Source: a virus (taxonomy: Duplodnaviria > Caudoviricetes). From it: 64,000 nt of DNA. A program made the position numbers and the translations under genes. Shown in pieces: positions 45,364 to 54,045 of the stretch (within the stretch, counting starts at the first letter, position 1; each line of letters starts with the position of its first letter). The notes beneath the pieces were generated by a model. That model did no database searches. It was not told where the DNA came from and was given only the letters and a program-made list of their open reading frames with translations. The DNA lies in the IMG/VR virus record IMGVR_UViG_3300028887_000077, positions 32,001 to 96,000 of that record; one strand, 5' to 3'.

Positions 45364-46140
45364 ATGTTTCATCAATACAAAGAACATGAAAACGGAGAGG
45401 TAAAAGACGGTAAGGGCCGTTGGATATACGCGACAAAATCTTGGGCTGCTCATTATGCAGACGAAGAGCTTTGGACAATTAAAAATAACGGTAGGGGCAT
45501 TCCGTCTGGAGGGGTTGTTGGGAGACGGGTAGACTTTTGGGACGAATATGGCGAAGATTTTAATGAATATCTTGCTTGTTCTGATCGGTGTCGTACCTGC
45601 TTTTTTACGCTTCCGGAAACATATCGCAAAAAAACCGTATTAACAATTCATAATATGAACGATCTCAATGCAGCATTTGAGAAATATCAGATTTCTTATG
45701 CAAAACTGATCGTTGAAGCGGTTAATATTATGGTCTTTGACTGGGAAAAACTTTCTCAGGACTATATCGCGCTTGAGTATATTCCGGAGAAAGAAGAAGA
45801 TCTTGAGGTTCAAAATCGAACAAAATGGTTCCCGGGTATGATTGTATCCTTTGATTGGAAATCTCTTTATCCGGTAGACCTTCCCAAGGATAAGATTTGT
45901 CGGTTTACATGCGATATTGAAATTGGCGATGTTGTTTGGTTCAGGAGTGCCGGAGAAACGAAACAGATTGAGGTTACGCGAAACAATATCTGTATCGTAA
46001 AAATTATGTGGGGAAACCAATTCTATATGTCTCCACAGATGCCTGGGTCTGAAAAAGCGCCGTATCGAGACGAGTTTGGAAGAATCGATTGGTTGTTCTT
46101 TACGCCGCACAATCTCGAGCAGCTTGAGAACGCAAACTGA
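45364..46140 (+). CDS. Hypothetical protein
   Basis: GAGGAGG RBS; 258 aa. Confidence 0.55.
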   Translation: MFHQYKEHENGEVKDGKGRWIYATKSWAAHYADEELWTIKNNGRGIPSGGVVGRRVDFWDEYGEDFNEYLACSDRCRTCFFTLPETYRKKTVLTIHNMNDLNAAFEKYQISYAKLIVEAVNIMVFDWEKLSQDYIALEYIPEKEEDLEVQNRTKWFPGMIVSFDWKSLYPVDLPKDKICRFTCDIEIGDVVWFRSAGETKQIEVTRNNICIVKIMWGNQFYMSPQMPGSEKAPYRDEFGRIDWLFFTPHNLEQLENAN

Positions 46141-46626
46141 CTTTTCAATAGAATTTTGACCCTAAAAACACAACTTTTCAAATTTTGCATAGCATAAATA
46201 CGAAAATAGTGCCAAGGTGGCACCAAAACACATATTTTTATGGTGCCAAGCGGTGATTCCGTCGCTCCCCGGCAGCGGCTAGTCATATATAGATTACATT
46301 TTTCCATGAGAAAACTGAGGTCAAAATCACATTTTTCCACGAGATAAGACTGCGGGGCGCATGCTGGGGATGTGCCTTTTATAGAACCGTAAAAAATCCA
46401 TATGGAATGTTTATAACAACCAACATATCATAAATGTTTGCGGATGGTTTAATTTATATAAAATATAAATTAAAAACTTCAGTTGGATTTGGTATTGGTT
46501 TGGGGTAGTTTTCATATGGTATATGTCGTTTTCGGGGTAAAATTGATGTCTTTTATTCTGTTTTTTATATAAAAACAGCCCATTTTGGTGGTTCTGAAAG
46601 GTTTTTGATTTTTTTCTTAAAACCAC

Positions 46627-46655
46627 TTGACAAACTAAACATCATGTGTTATAAT
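46627..46655 (+). promoter_or_regulatory. Sigma-A/70 promoter for tRNA operon
   Basis: TTGACA-17-TATAAT. Confidence 0.85.
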
Positions 46656-46711
46656 GGTCGTGCAAATGAAAGAGACGCCGGTGTGGTGGAACTGGAAGAC
46701 ACAGGGGACTT

Positions 46712-47368
46712 CAAAGGGAGGTAATTGATATCGGTGGCTGTTTATGACGGATGGGATGTTTATGGTCCGTATGTTCGGGCAGACAAAAGACAACATGTTG
46801 TACTCGTATTACACGATGAAAACGGGTCGATTGTAAAAAGGCGGACTATTAGCTATCCAAAATATCTTGTTGAAAAATATTTAGACAGATATTTAAATTC
46901 GGAAGAAACGGTTGACCACATCGATGGTGATTTTTCAAACAACTCGCTTGAAAATCTTCGTGTTGTACTAAGGAGCCTACACGCAAAAAGCCATGCTTCT
47001 AAGAGACAAACGGTGCAGGTACAATGTTTGATTTGTGGAAAAACATTTGTTACCAACAATATCAACAGGGTATGCTGCGGCGATAAGCATTGCGTTGGAA
47101 AGCTCTCTCATGTAAACGGGTATAACCTTGGATATGAGTTTGTTAAAAAATCAAACATTCTTTTACCACCAAACAGGAGCCTGATTGAAGAAATTCAATC
47201 AGTGGAGGGCGCTAATTCGGGGAAGTCGTTGGTCGATAATCCCGAGCAATAAGCAACTTGCTTAGTGTGTAGAGACTTTACACGCCCTACCTAAATCTTA
47301 AAGACAAGGTAAAGAGAAAGTCCGGACCACAAACCAAGTAATTGGGTAGCGAAAACTATAGTGGTAAG
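46712..47368 (+). mobile_element. Group I intron (IC3/trnL-type) with endonuclease ORF in L1
   Basis: 5' splice site after U; GAG IGS near 47177, P2 GATTGAA-GAAA-TTCAATC, AATTCGGGGAA, AATCCCGAGC, GTAGAGACT, AAGAGAAAGTCC, terminal G. Confidence 0.88.
46725..47252 (+). CDS. Intron-encoded HNH homing endonuclease
   Basis: L.R.L...ETVDHIDGDFSNNSLENL, C-terminal CLICGKTF...CC...C; start codon uncertain. Confidence 0.85.
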   Translation: MISVAVYDGWDVYGPYVRADKRQHVVLVLHDENGSIVKRRTISYPKYLVEKYLDRYLNSEETVDHIDGDFSNNSLENLRVVLRSLHAKSHASKRQTVQVQCLICGKTFVTNNINRVCCGDKHCVGKLSHVNGYNLGYEFVKKSNILLPPNRSLIEEIQSVEGANSGKSLVDNPEQ

Positions 47369-47448
47369 AAAATCCCTAGGCTCAAAGGCTGTACGGGTTC
47401 GAGCCCCGTCACCGGTACCATATAGCAGCGCGGAAAGGAGATACTGAG

Positions 47449-47667
47449 ATGAAGTTTTCTAAGGAGAAAATGATCGAGCGAATTACCCGCGAAGGACGCA
47501 AAGAAATGATCGATGAGAATGTCATGAAAATTATGGACAATCTTGACGGTCAGGCAGCCTCAGATCTGGCTGGCCGATGGGTGCGTCATGTGATAGGTAA
47601 ACCTGTCGTGTGGGTTATCGGAAAGGACGGAAGGGGAGAGTACGTTCTCGAGGAGGATTGCGTATAA
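47449..47667 (+). CDS. Hypothetical protein
   Basis: AAAGGAG RBS; 72 aa. Confidence 0.55.
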   Translation: MKFSKEKMIERITREGRKEMIDENVMKIMDNLDGQAASDLAGRWVRHVIGKPVVWVIGKDGRGEYVLEEDCV

Positions 47668-47688
47668 TAAGTCTAAGGACGATTTTAT

Positions 47689-47764
47689 AGCGGGGTGGAG
47701 CAGTCGGTAGCTTGTCGGGTTCATAACCCGAAGGTCGTAGGTTCGAGTCCTGCCCCCGCCACCA
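47689..47764 (+). tRNA. Initiator tRNA-fMet(CAU)
   Basis: 1:72 mismatch (A.C), three G-C pairs in the anticodon stem TCGGG/CCCGA, TTCATAA, ACCA. Confidence 0.92.
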
Positions 47765-47948
47765 ATACGGAATGCCATAGCGGGCCCCGAATGCGAGGGT
47801 TTGTTGCGTGTGTGGATGGCAAATGCGACTAAGCGTGGTTGGGGTCGCCGCAGAGAGAACTGCGTGTTCTGCAGAACTAAACAAACTCAAGTTTGGGTGT
47901 ATCGACAATCGGACGCGTACTTTTGTTGGTACACCCGGATGAAATTAT

Positions 47949-48024
47949 CGAGGTGTAGCTCAGCTGGCAGAGCACCGGTCTTGGGGTCCGGGTTGCGGGG
48001 GTTCGAGTCCCTTCACTTCGACCA
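47949..48024 (+). tRNA. tRNA-Pro(UGG)
   Basis: CGAGGTG/CACTTCG, CTTGGGG loop, TTCGAGT, ACCA. Confidence 0.92.
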
Positions 48025-48415
48025 GGGGCAACTATGCCTGTCGTCAAAAAATAGTAGGTTTCTCCCGTCTTTCCGTAATAAGATCGTTTTCTACATAGCG
48101 GCAGTACCGATGCCCGACGCTATGGTCTTAGTAGCAAGATGGTTGACACCCGCTAAATTGGGATCTCGGTTTGGAAGCGCCGGTAAAAGCGTAATAGTGA
48201 CTGCAGAGCTATTACGTGTCTTCCACTCATATGGGTAAGCAACGGCAACTCCGTTGTAAACCCACCAGGCCATCGTGGATAGTCGGTCCCGGAGATAGTT
48301 GGAAGGTCACGCTCTACAAATACCTTTGTCTATCGGAATAACTGTTGCCACGCAGGAAAACCGATGCAGGGTCCTTTTCGAAGAACCTAAAAAATAAATC
48401 CAAGGAGGCGTTGTC

Positions 48416-49615
48416 ATGAAGAAAACCACTACTCGTTATTACCTCGACAACGCTGCCGGAGAGCCGTTACGCAAAGAGGCCATTGAGGCGATGATCCTCT
48501 GCATGGAAAAGTACGGAAACGGCGAATATTCCAACCCTTCTAACATCATGGCTATCTCGGGCAATAGCGCGAGCAGGGCCATGACGGAAGCCAGAGCCTC
48601 GATTGCTTCGTGCATCGGGGCTCTTCCAGAAGAAATTACCTTTACCTCCGGTGGCACAGAATCCAACAACATCGTCATTCACTCCGCGGTTAAACAAGGC
48701 CTCGTTAAAACACACAATCCGCACGTTGTCGTTTCTGCTATCGAACACAAGTCGGTTCTTGAGGCTGTGAAAAATATTACCGCCGAGTACGAGGGGTCTT
48801 ATACGGTCGTTCCGTGCCCAGACGGAGTGGTTGACGTTGATATTCTTGCAAACGCGATCTCCGAAAACACCTGCCTTGTTGCGGTTATGATGGTAAACAA
48901 CGAGGTTGGAACTGTTCAGCCGATTAAAGAGGTCGCAAAGATTTGTTCTGCGAACAAGGTTCCGTTCCTTGTGGACGCTGTACAGGCCGTGGGGCACATG
49001 CCAATCGACGTCAAAGACCTTGGGATTACTTATCTTTCGGCATCCGGGCACAAGTTTGGTGCGCCGGCCGGTACGGGGTTCCTGTGGCACAAGAAAGGCG
49101 CCGCACTGATGCGCTTTTCATATGGCGGTGGTCAGGAGGGCGGATATCGCCCCGGCACCGAGAACCTCGTAGGTATCGTCGGTATGGAAGCCGCGCTTTG
49201 CGCATCGCTCAAAGACTATGCAGACAATTATGAGGATTTGCTTTACACAAACTCCTACATACGTGATAAGGTCAGGGCGAAAATTCCAGACTGTATCATC
49301 AACGGAGAAAACTCTCCGTGTATTCCGACGACGATCAGCTTGTCCTTCAAAGACATCGACGGACCGGGTCTTTCGCTCCGTTTAAACCTTGCCGGATTCA
49401 CCGTTTCCAACGGATCGGCGTGTAACGCGTCCTCTAAGACCGCTTCTCACGTTCTCAAGGCGATGAAGATACCGAAGGATTATATCGGAGGAACAATCAG
49501 GATCTCATTTGCCTCGCACAACATGAAAACGGCAGACCTCGCAAAGGATCTGGTAACAGAACTTACCGAATCCGTGGCTAAGCTACGGTCGTTCAAGACA
49601 AAAGGAGACAAGTAA
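48416..49615 (+). CDS. iscS: Cysteine desulfurase (IscS/NifS)
   Basis: YLDNAA, FTSGGTESNN, EHKSV, VNNEVG, DAVQ, SGHKFG, GGGQE, SNGSAC. Confidence 0.93.
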   Translation: MKKTTTRYYLDNAAGEPLRKEAIEAMILCMEKYGNGEYSNPSNIMAISGNSASRAMTEARASIASCIGALPEEITFTSGGTESNNIVIHSAVKQGLVKTHNPHVVVSAIEHKSVLEAVKNITAEYEGSYTVVPCPDGVVDVDILANAISENTCLVAVMMVNNEVGTVQPIKEVAKICSANKVPFLVDAVQAVGHMPIDVKDLGITYLSASGHKFGAPAGTGFLWHKKGAALMRFSYGGGQEGGYRPGTENLVGIVGMEAALCASLKDYADNYEDLLYTNSYIRDKVRAKIPDCIINGENSPCIPTTISLSFKDIDGPGLSLRLNLAGFTVSNGSACNASSKTASHVLKAMKIPKDYIGGTIRISFASHNMKTADLAKDLVTELTESVAKLRSFKTKGDK

Positions 49616-49854
49616 TGAAAAGCCAAAACTATTTTCTCCCCACCAGTCCCGACGACGAAGTTTACGTCATTCATTCCGGACTTGGCGGTATTCACATTCT
49701 TAAGGATCGCGTTTTGTGGGTCGTGATCGACAAACACGGCATCTTTTTCAACACCACATATATCTGCAACGGCACATGGTTTGTCGACGTATTTCCCACC
49801 GAGGACGACGCCCGTCAATACGCGGCCGAACACAACGTAGAACTTGACGATTAA
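49615..49854 (+). CDS. Hypothetical protein (P..PGD.V. family)
   Basis: LPTSPDDEVYVI...FPTEDDA. Confidence 0.55.
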   Translation: MKSQNYFLPTSPDDEVYVIHSGLGGIHILKDRVLWVVIDKHGIFFNTTYICNGTWFVDVFPTEDDARQYAAEHNVELDD

Positions 49855-49871
49855 AAGGAGGAGCTTATCTG

Positions 49872-50051
49872 ATGAAAGATCTCGAAAAGACCATTAAACA
49901 TTTCGTGTCTCAGCAAAAGAGATACATGACGCAGCACGACGGGAAGCGCTGCGAGCGGATCGACGACGCACTCGAAGCTCTGAGATATTTCAATGCGGTT
50001 GTTTACGACAAGCCGAGCTTCGTTGAAGAACGGTTGAAGAAGGACGCCTGA
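49872..50051 (+). CDS. Small hypothetical protein (59 aa, not in track)
   Basis: AAGGAGG RBS; MKDLEKTIKHF...KKDA*. Confidence 0.5.
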   Translation: MKDLEKTIKHFVSQQKRYMTQHDGKRCERIDDALEALRYFNAVVYDKPSFVEERLKKDA

Positions 50052-50069
50052 GTAATACTCGGCTAACGA

Positions 50070-50819
50070 TTGAGCGTGAAAAACGAAATTGCAATTCTGC
50101 TGGCGGCCGGCTTGGGCACCAGGATGAGTCCTTTGACTCAAAATATACCTAAACCGCTGGTTAAGGTATTCGGCAGGCCTATGATCGAGACAATGATCGA
50201 AGGACTAAGGTGTCGCGGCGTCAAACGGATCTACGTGGTCGTCGGCTACAAGGGAGAATGTTTTGAGTACCTAACAAAAAAGTACGACAACGTATCGACC
50301 ATCAAAAACGACGAGTATCAAACGGTCAACAACATTTCGTCGGTGCACGCGGCGATCCCGGTGATGGGCGACGCAGACTGCTTCATTTGCGAAGCCGACT
50401 TCTACGTATTTGATCCGTCTATTTTTGACGCCAACTTAACGCATTCCTGCTATTATGGTTTTATGGTCAATGGATATAGCGAAGAATGGGTTTTGGAACA
50501 AAACGAAAGCGGACGGGTAGTCCGGGTCGGAAAGTGCGGCGTCGATTGTTATAACATGTGTGGTATTTCGTGGTTCAAGCGAGACGACACAAAGAAACTG
50601 GCGGACGCGATCATGCGCTCTTACGAGCATACCGGCACCTACGAAAACCTGTTCTGGGACGAGGTCGTTAACAAGGAACTTGACAATATCGACATGACGG
50701 TTTACCCGGTGAAGAGGGAGCAGATCGTCGAGATCGATTCGGTCAAGGAACTGGAAAAAATAGATCCAAATTATATGGAGGAAAATTATTATGCAGAGTC
50801 TGTATCACATTTCATTTGA
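50070..50819 (+). CDS. LicC-like (phosphocholine) cytidylyltransferase
   Basis: ILLAAGLGTRMSPLT..PKPL, VVGY, NNISS, EAD, FWDEV, EIDS. Confidence 0.8.
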   Translation: MSVKNEIAILLAAGLGTRMSPLTQNIPKPLVKVFGRPMIETMIEGLRCRGVKRIYVVVGYKGECFEYLTKKYDNVSTIKNDEYQTVNNISSVHAAIPVMGDADCFICEADFYVFDPSIFDANLTHSCYYGFMVNGYSEEWVLEQNESGRVVRVGKCGVDCYNMCGISWFKRDDTKKLADAIMRSYEHTGTYENLFWDEVVNKELDNIDMTVYPVKREQIVEIDSVKELEKIDPNYMEENYYAESVSHFI

Positions 50820-51228
50820 CGTTGAAACGTCTCTCGAAGACAACGACGAGATCCGTGCGCTTGTATGGACGCTTCTGAAGATCGGCAAGCAGGCTTGCAG
50901 AGAAAATCCTATGACCGTACCGGCGCTGAAAGAGATTGACGTTGAGTCCGAGTTCTGTGGCGAGCCTTATCAACCTTTCCGGCTCTTTCTGCTGCCCTCT
51001 AATAACTCCGCTGTTAAGGAAGACACGGTTCCGGCCTGCTGTTCCGCGCGCTTTCGCGAACTGTATGCCTCGATCAGCGACTATATCGCACAGGGTAAGA
51101 TCATCGCGGTATTCTACGTGCCGGAGGGTACAAAACTACTTGACGGTGAGTGCGTTTACAGCTACTCGGCTCGGTCCGGCGTATATAAGGATTATGGTTT
51201 CTTCAGGAAACATCCGGAGCTGGAATAA
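50791..51228 (+). CDS. Hypothetical protein
   Basis: GGAGG RBS. Confidence 0.5.
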   Translation: MQSLYHISFDVETSLEDNDEIRALVWTLLKIGKQACRENPMTVPALKEIDVESEFCGEPYQPFRLFLLPSNNSAVKEDTVPACCSARFRELYASISDYIAQGKIIAVFYVPEGTKLLDGECVYSYSARSGVYKDYGFFRKHPELE

Positions 51229-51229
51229 G

Positions 51230-51466
51230 ATGCCTGAGTATTTCTGTTTTGCCGACGCCAACGGTAATCCGGTTAAAGTGCCTCTTTATGAAGAGCCAAA
51301 ACCTCTTTCAGAAGAAGAAAAGAAAGAGCTTTCCAACGCGATTCATAAGGCGGCTCAACTGTTGGAATGTAAGCTTTTAGGCTGCCGTGATCGTCGCTAC
51401 ACAAAAGAAAAACTCGAAGAGTTTGTAAGGTTCGTTTTAAGCCCGCCCGAGTTCAAACCAGAATAA
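51230..51466 (+). CDS. Hypothetical protein
   Basis: ATG directly after the previous stop. Confidence 0.45.
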   Translation: MPEYFCFADANGNPVKVPLYEEPKPLSEEEKKELSNAIHKAAQLLECKLLGCRDRRYTKEKLEEFVRFVLSPPEFKPE

Positions 51467-51545
51467 AAGGAGATTATCATGTCGAAGAAATACAACATTT
51501 CGTTTGTTCTTGAAACGGGCGATGATGCAAAAAGAAGCACGCATT

Positions 51546-51812
51546 ATGGCACATCCCATTAACGTTACCTTCCAATGTCGCCCGGGTGACACCGTACACG
51601 TTATCGACTCATACATTGTTGACGGTCATATCAAACACATCATCTTTCAAGACACAGTAGAGTGTGCCTGCATCAGCATCACAGATCCCAACGTTTATTA
51701 TGACACCATCAACTGTTCGGGCCTGACCTGGATGCAATCCATCTTCCCCGACCGTTCCCTCGCCATCGAGTACGCCACCCTCAATAAACTCGACTTTCAA
51801 GAAGCAGGTTAA
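51546..51812 (+). CDS. Hypothetical protein (P..PGD.V. family)
   Basis: FQCRPGDTVHVID...IFPDRSLA. Confidence 0.5.
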   Translation: MAHPINVTFQCRPGDTVHVIDSYIVDGHIKHIIFQDTVECACISITDPNVYYDTINCSGLTWMQSIFPDRSLAIEYATLNKLDFQEAG

Positions 51813-51829
51813 CCTCTGCTTCTTTTTTT
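51799..51829 (+). terminator. Intrinsic terminator
   Basis: AAGAAGCAG...CTGCTTCTT plus T-run. Confidence 0.75.
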
Positions 51830-52420
51830 ACCCTTTTATACCCTATTTTAATCCCTTTATATTGTACTCTAGTATTTATATCTTTTACTCTATATAGATA
51901 AGTATAGGTATATATATTTATATATTATTATTATATTATATTTATATATATTATATATATTATATATATATATATATATTATTATATATAGAATAGAGAA
52001 TAGTAAAGAGATAAGAGTATAAGGGTAATATATAAGAGAGTATATATAGAGGGTATATTAATGAGTAAAGATATATGGGTATATATTGGTAGATAAGTGA
52101 GTGAATATATAAGTGTGTGGGAATATATATGTGAGAATATATATGTGAGTAGATAGAATAGTAGATGTGAGTATAAATATGGGTAAGTAAATGTGTGGGT
52201 ATAAATGTGTGTGTGTGGAATATATATACTTCTTTTCCCACATAAGAAAAGAAAAATAATAAATCTCACACACACCATTATTAATCTATCAACTTACTCG
52301 TTTAATAAAAGGACAAAACGCGTATGTGCGAGCACACACACGTACCCACACACCCGCACACGGTAATAATAATGAAGCATCCCCACATTACATCACACAA
52401 CTCAAACCGCAACGCTTTTT
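51830..52420. repeat. AT-rich low-complexity non-coding block with (TA)n core
   Basis: Long TATATA run around 51910-51990; pyrimidine-rich left arm, purine/GT-rich right arm, then CA-rich tract. Confidence 0.8.
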
Positions 52421-52510
52421 AATTGCGTTTGGCAAATGCAACTGTTTTTCGTTGCTTTTTAAATTTAAAACTTCTGATCCGGCTCAAAATTAAAAAATTT
52501 CACAAACTAC

Positions 52511-52539
52511 TTGACAACTTTCTCTCCATATGCTATAAT
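52511..52539 (+). promoter_or_regulatory. Sigma-A/70 promoter
   Basis: TTGACA-17-TATAAT with TG extension. Confidence 0.85.
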
Positions 52540-52573
52540 ATCTTCAACAAGGATCAGGAGGATACTTATACTT

Positions 52574-52828
52574 ATGATTATGAACATGAACAACAAAATG
52601 CTTTCGATTGCGATTGTGATCCTGGGGACGTTGGCCATGTTGGCCGTGTGGATACTTGTGGCTGTGCTTTTTGTCGTCCCGCAATATAAGATCGCACGCG
52701 ATGCCGGACTTGAGTCGGTGGCAGAGACTGTTAAGCTCTTAGTGTATTTTGCGTCGTTGTGCGTTGGATATGCTTGTACCAGGTTCTGCATAAATGCAAT
52801 CGACGATATTAACAAATGGGAGGACTAA
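52574..52828 (+). CDS. Small two-TM membrane protein
   Basis: Two hydrophobic stretches; paralog of the next gene. Confidence 0.6.
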   Translation: MIMNMNNKMLSIAIVILGTLAMLAVWILVAVLFVVPQYKIARDAGLESVAETVKLLVYFASLCVGYACTRFCINAIDDINKWED

Positions 52829-52838
52829 GGAGGATTAT

Positions 52839-53084
52839 ATGAGCAGAAGACTTCAGAATGTGTTTGTTGTGTGTGCTATGATCCTTGTGTTTGTCGCGTG
52901 GATGCTGGCGGTGTTTTTTCTAATTAAGCCATGTGCAAATCAGGTTAAAGAGGCCGGATACGAAGATGCGTGTGCTATGATCTATTTACTCACACAAATC
53001 ATTAGCTGTGTCGTCGGCGCGGTCACCGGAAGGGTCGGCTACAAGCTTCTTTCACAAATCAACGGATGGGGCAATAAAGACTAA
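52839..53084 (+). CDS. Small two-TM membrane protein
   Basis: Two hydrophobic stretches; W.L...F...P...AG.E, C.VG, IN.W shared with the upstream gene. Confidence 0.6.
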   Translation: MSRRLQNVFVVCAMILVFVAWMLAVFFLIKPCANQVKEAGYEDACAMIYLLTQIISCVVGAVTGRVGYKLLSQINGWGNKD

Positions 53085-53094
53085 GGAGGATTAT

Positions 53095-53442
53095 ATGAGC
53101 AAATACATTACGCTCGCAGAACTTGAAAACGTCAGCTTTTCGGGGCTTACTCCGGAAGAAAAGGAAACGGCAATCAACTGGTACTACGGCGACAAGACCG
53201 TGGTTTTGTCTACATCGGACAATACGGTGTTGACCAAGCTGAAGAAGATCGCGAAGGCGAGTCCGAGTATGATCAAGATCCGGACGTTGAACTGCCATGA
53301 GGACGGAACGCCGTATGGGATTACGGTGGAACTAGCAAAGAAGCTCGTGAAGATCGCTACCAAAGCGTCCGGAGGGCGAGAGCTGTCTCCGGAGGAGAGG
53401 GAGAAGATCGCTGCGAGGTTGAAAGCGAGCCGGGGTAAGTGA
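53095..53442 (+). CDS. Hypothetical protein
   Basis: EKETAINW; RELSPEEREKIAARL C-terminal NUMOD-like motif. Confidence 0.6.
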   Translation: MSKYITLAELENVSFSGLTPEEKETAINWYYGDKTVVLSTSDNTVLTKLKKIAKASPSMIKIRTLNCHEDGTPYGITVELAKKLVKIATKASGGRELSPEEREKIAARLKASRGK

Positions 53443-53732
53443 GAAGGTCCTAGGGGTATTCTCTTATATAAAATTAAATAAATTCCCACCATAGAATCTC
53501 CGGAGAGGGGTGGGGTGGTATAACTACTACCCCCTGGGTGCATTTTACATTAAAATGGGCGCTCGAGTATTAAAACTGAATAGGGTGATCAAGTTGATCC
53601 CGGTTTTGGCATTGAGTGATCCATTAAATAATGTAGCGTGCAGCCCGGAGAGGGGTAGGGGATAGGTAAGAATACCCCTGGGAAATTTCAGAGCGAAATA
53701 GACTGTAATTTACATTGAGAAATGAGGGTAAT

Positions 53733-54044
53733 ATGAAAAAGCATAGTAGGATCTTTGAGTTCTATGATGAATGCTGTCAGGAATGCAAGTACGGGTGCGA
53801 CAACAACGTGTGCCACGGAAACTCGAGTGCATGTGGGGAGTGTGCGAATGGCCGGTACGATGAGAGCCAGTGTTTGAATCCGAACGAGTACTGCTGCGCA
53901 TGCTGCGATCCGGTAACCGACGAGGAGATCGAGAAGGGCCAGTGCAAGTACTTCGTGGACAAACACATCAAATACGACGAGGAGGATGATGAGGATGAAT
54001 ACGAATTCGACCCCAGAGACGCAGACTGCGAAAGACAAGGATGA
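53733..54044 (+). CDS. Cys-rich hypothetical protein
   Basis: Many Cys residues, acidic tail. Confidence 0.5.
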   Translation: MKKHSRIFEFYDECCQECKYGCDNNVCHGNSSACGECANGRYDESQCLNPNEYCCACCDPVTDEEIEKGQCKYFVDKHIKYDEEDDEDEYEFDPRDADCERQG

Positions 54045-54045
54045 C

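Larger units (their letters stand above)
46677..47420 (+). tRNA. trnL: tRNA-Leu(UAA), split by a group I intron (exons 46677-46711 and 47369-47420)
   Basis: Joined exons give GCCGGTG/CACCGGT, GGGGA CTT|AAAA TCCCT, variable arm, TTCGAGC, ACCA. Confidence 0.9.

Noticed and set aside
46245-46272. Possible distant 3' half (GCGG TGATT CCGT CGCTCCC) of the half-tRNA at 42918
   Set aside because: The acceptor complement fits, but the T loop is defective, it is 3.3 kb away across unrelated genes, and a 7-nt match can be chance.
47801-48238. 145-aa ORF across tRNA-Pro
   Set aside because: Overlaps a clear tRNA and stem-rich RNA; no RBS or recognisable motifs.
51960-52278. Minus-strand ORFs rich in Y/I/H/T
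   Set aside because: Translation artefacts of TA/CA low-complexity DNA.
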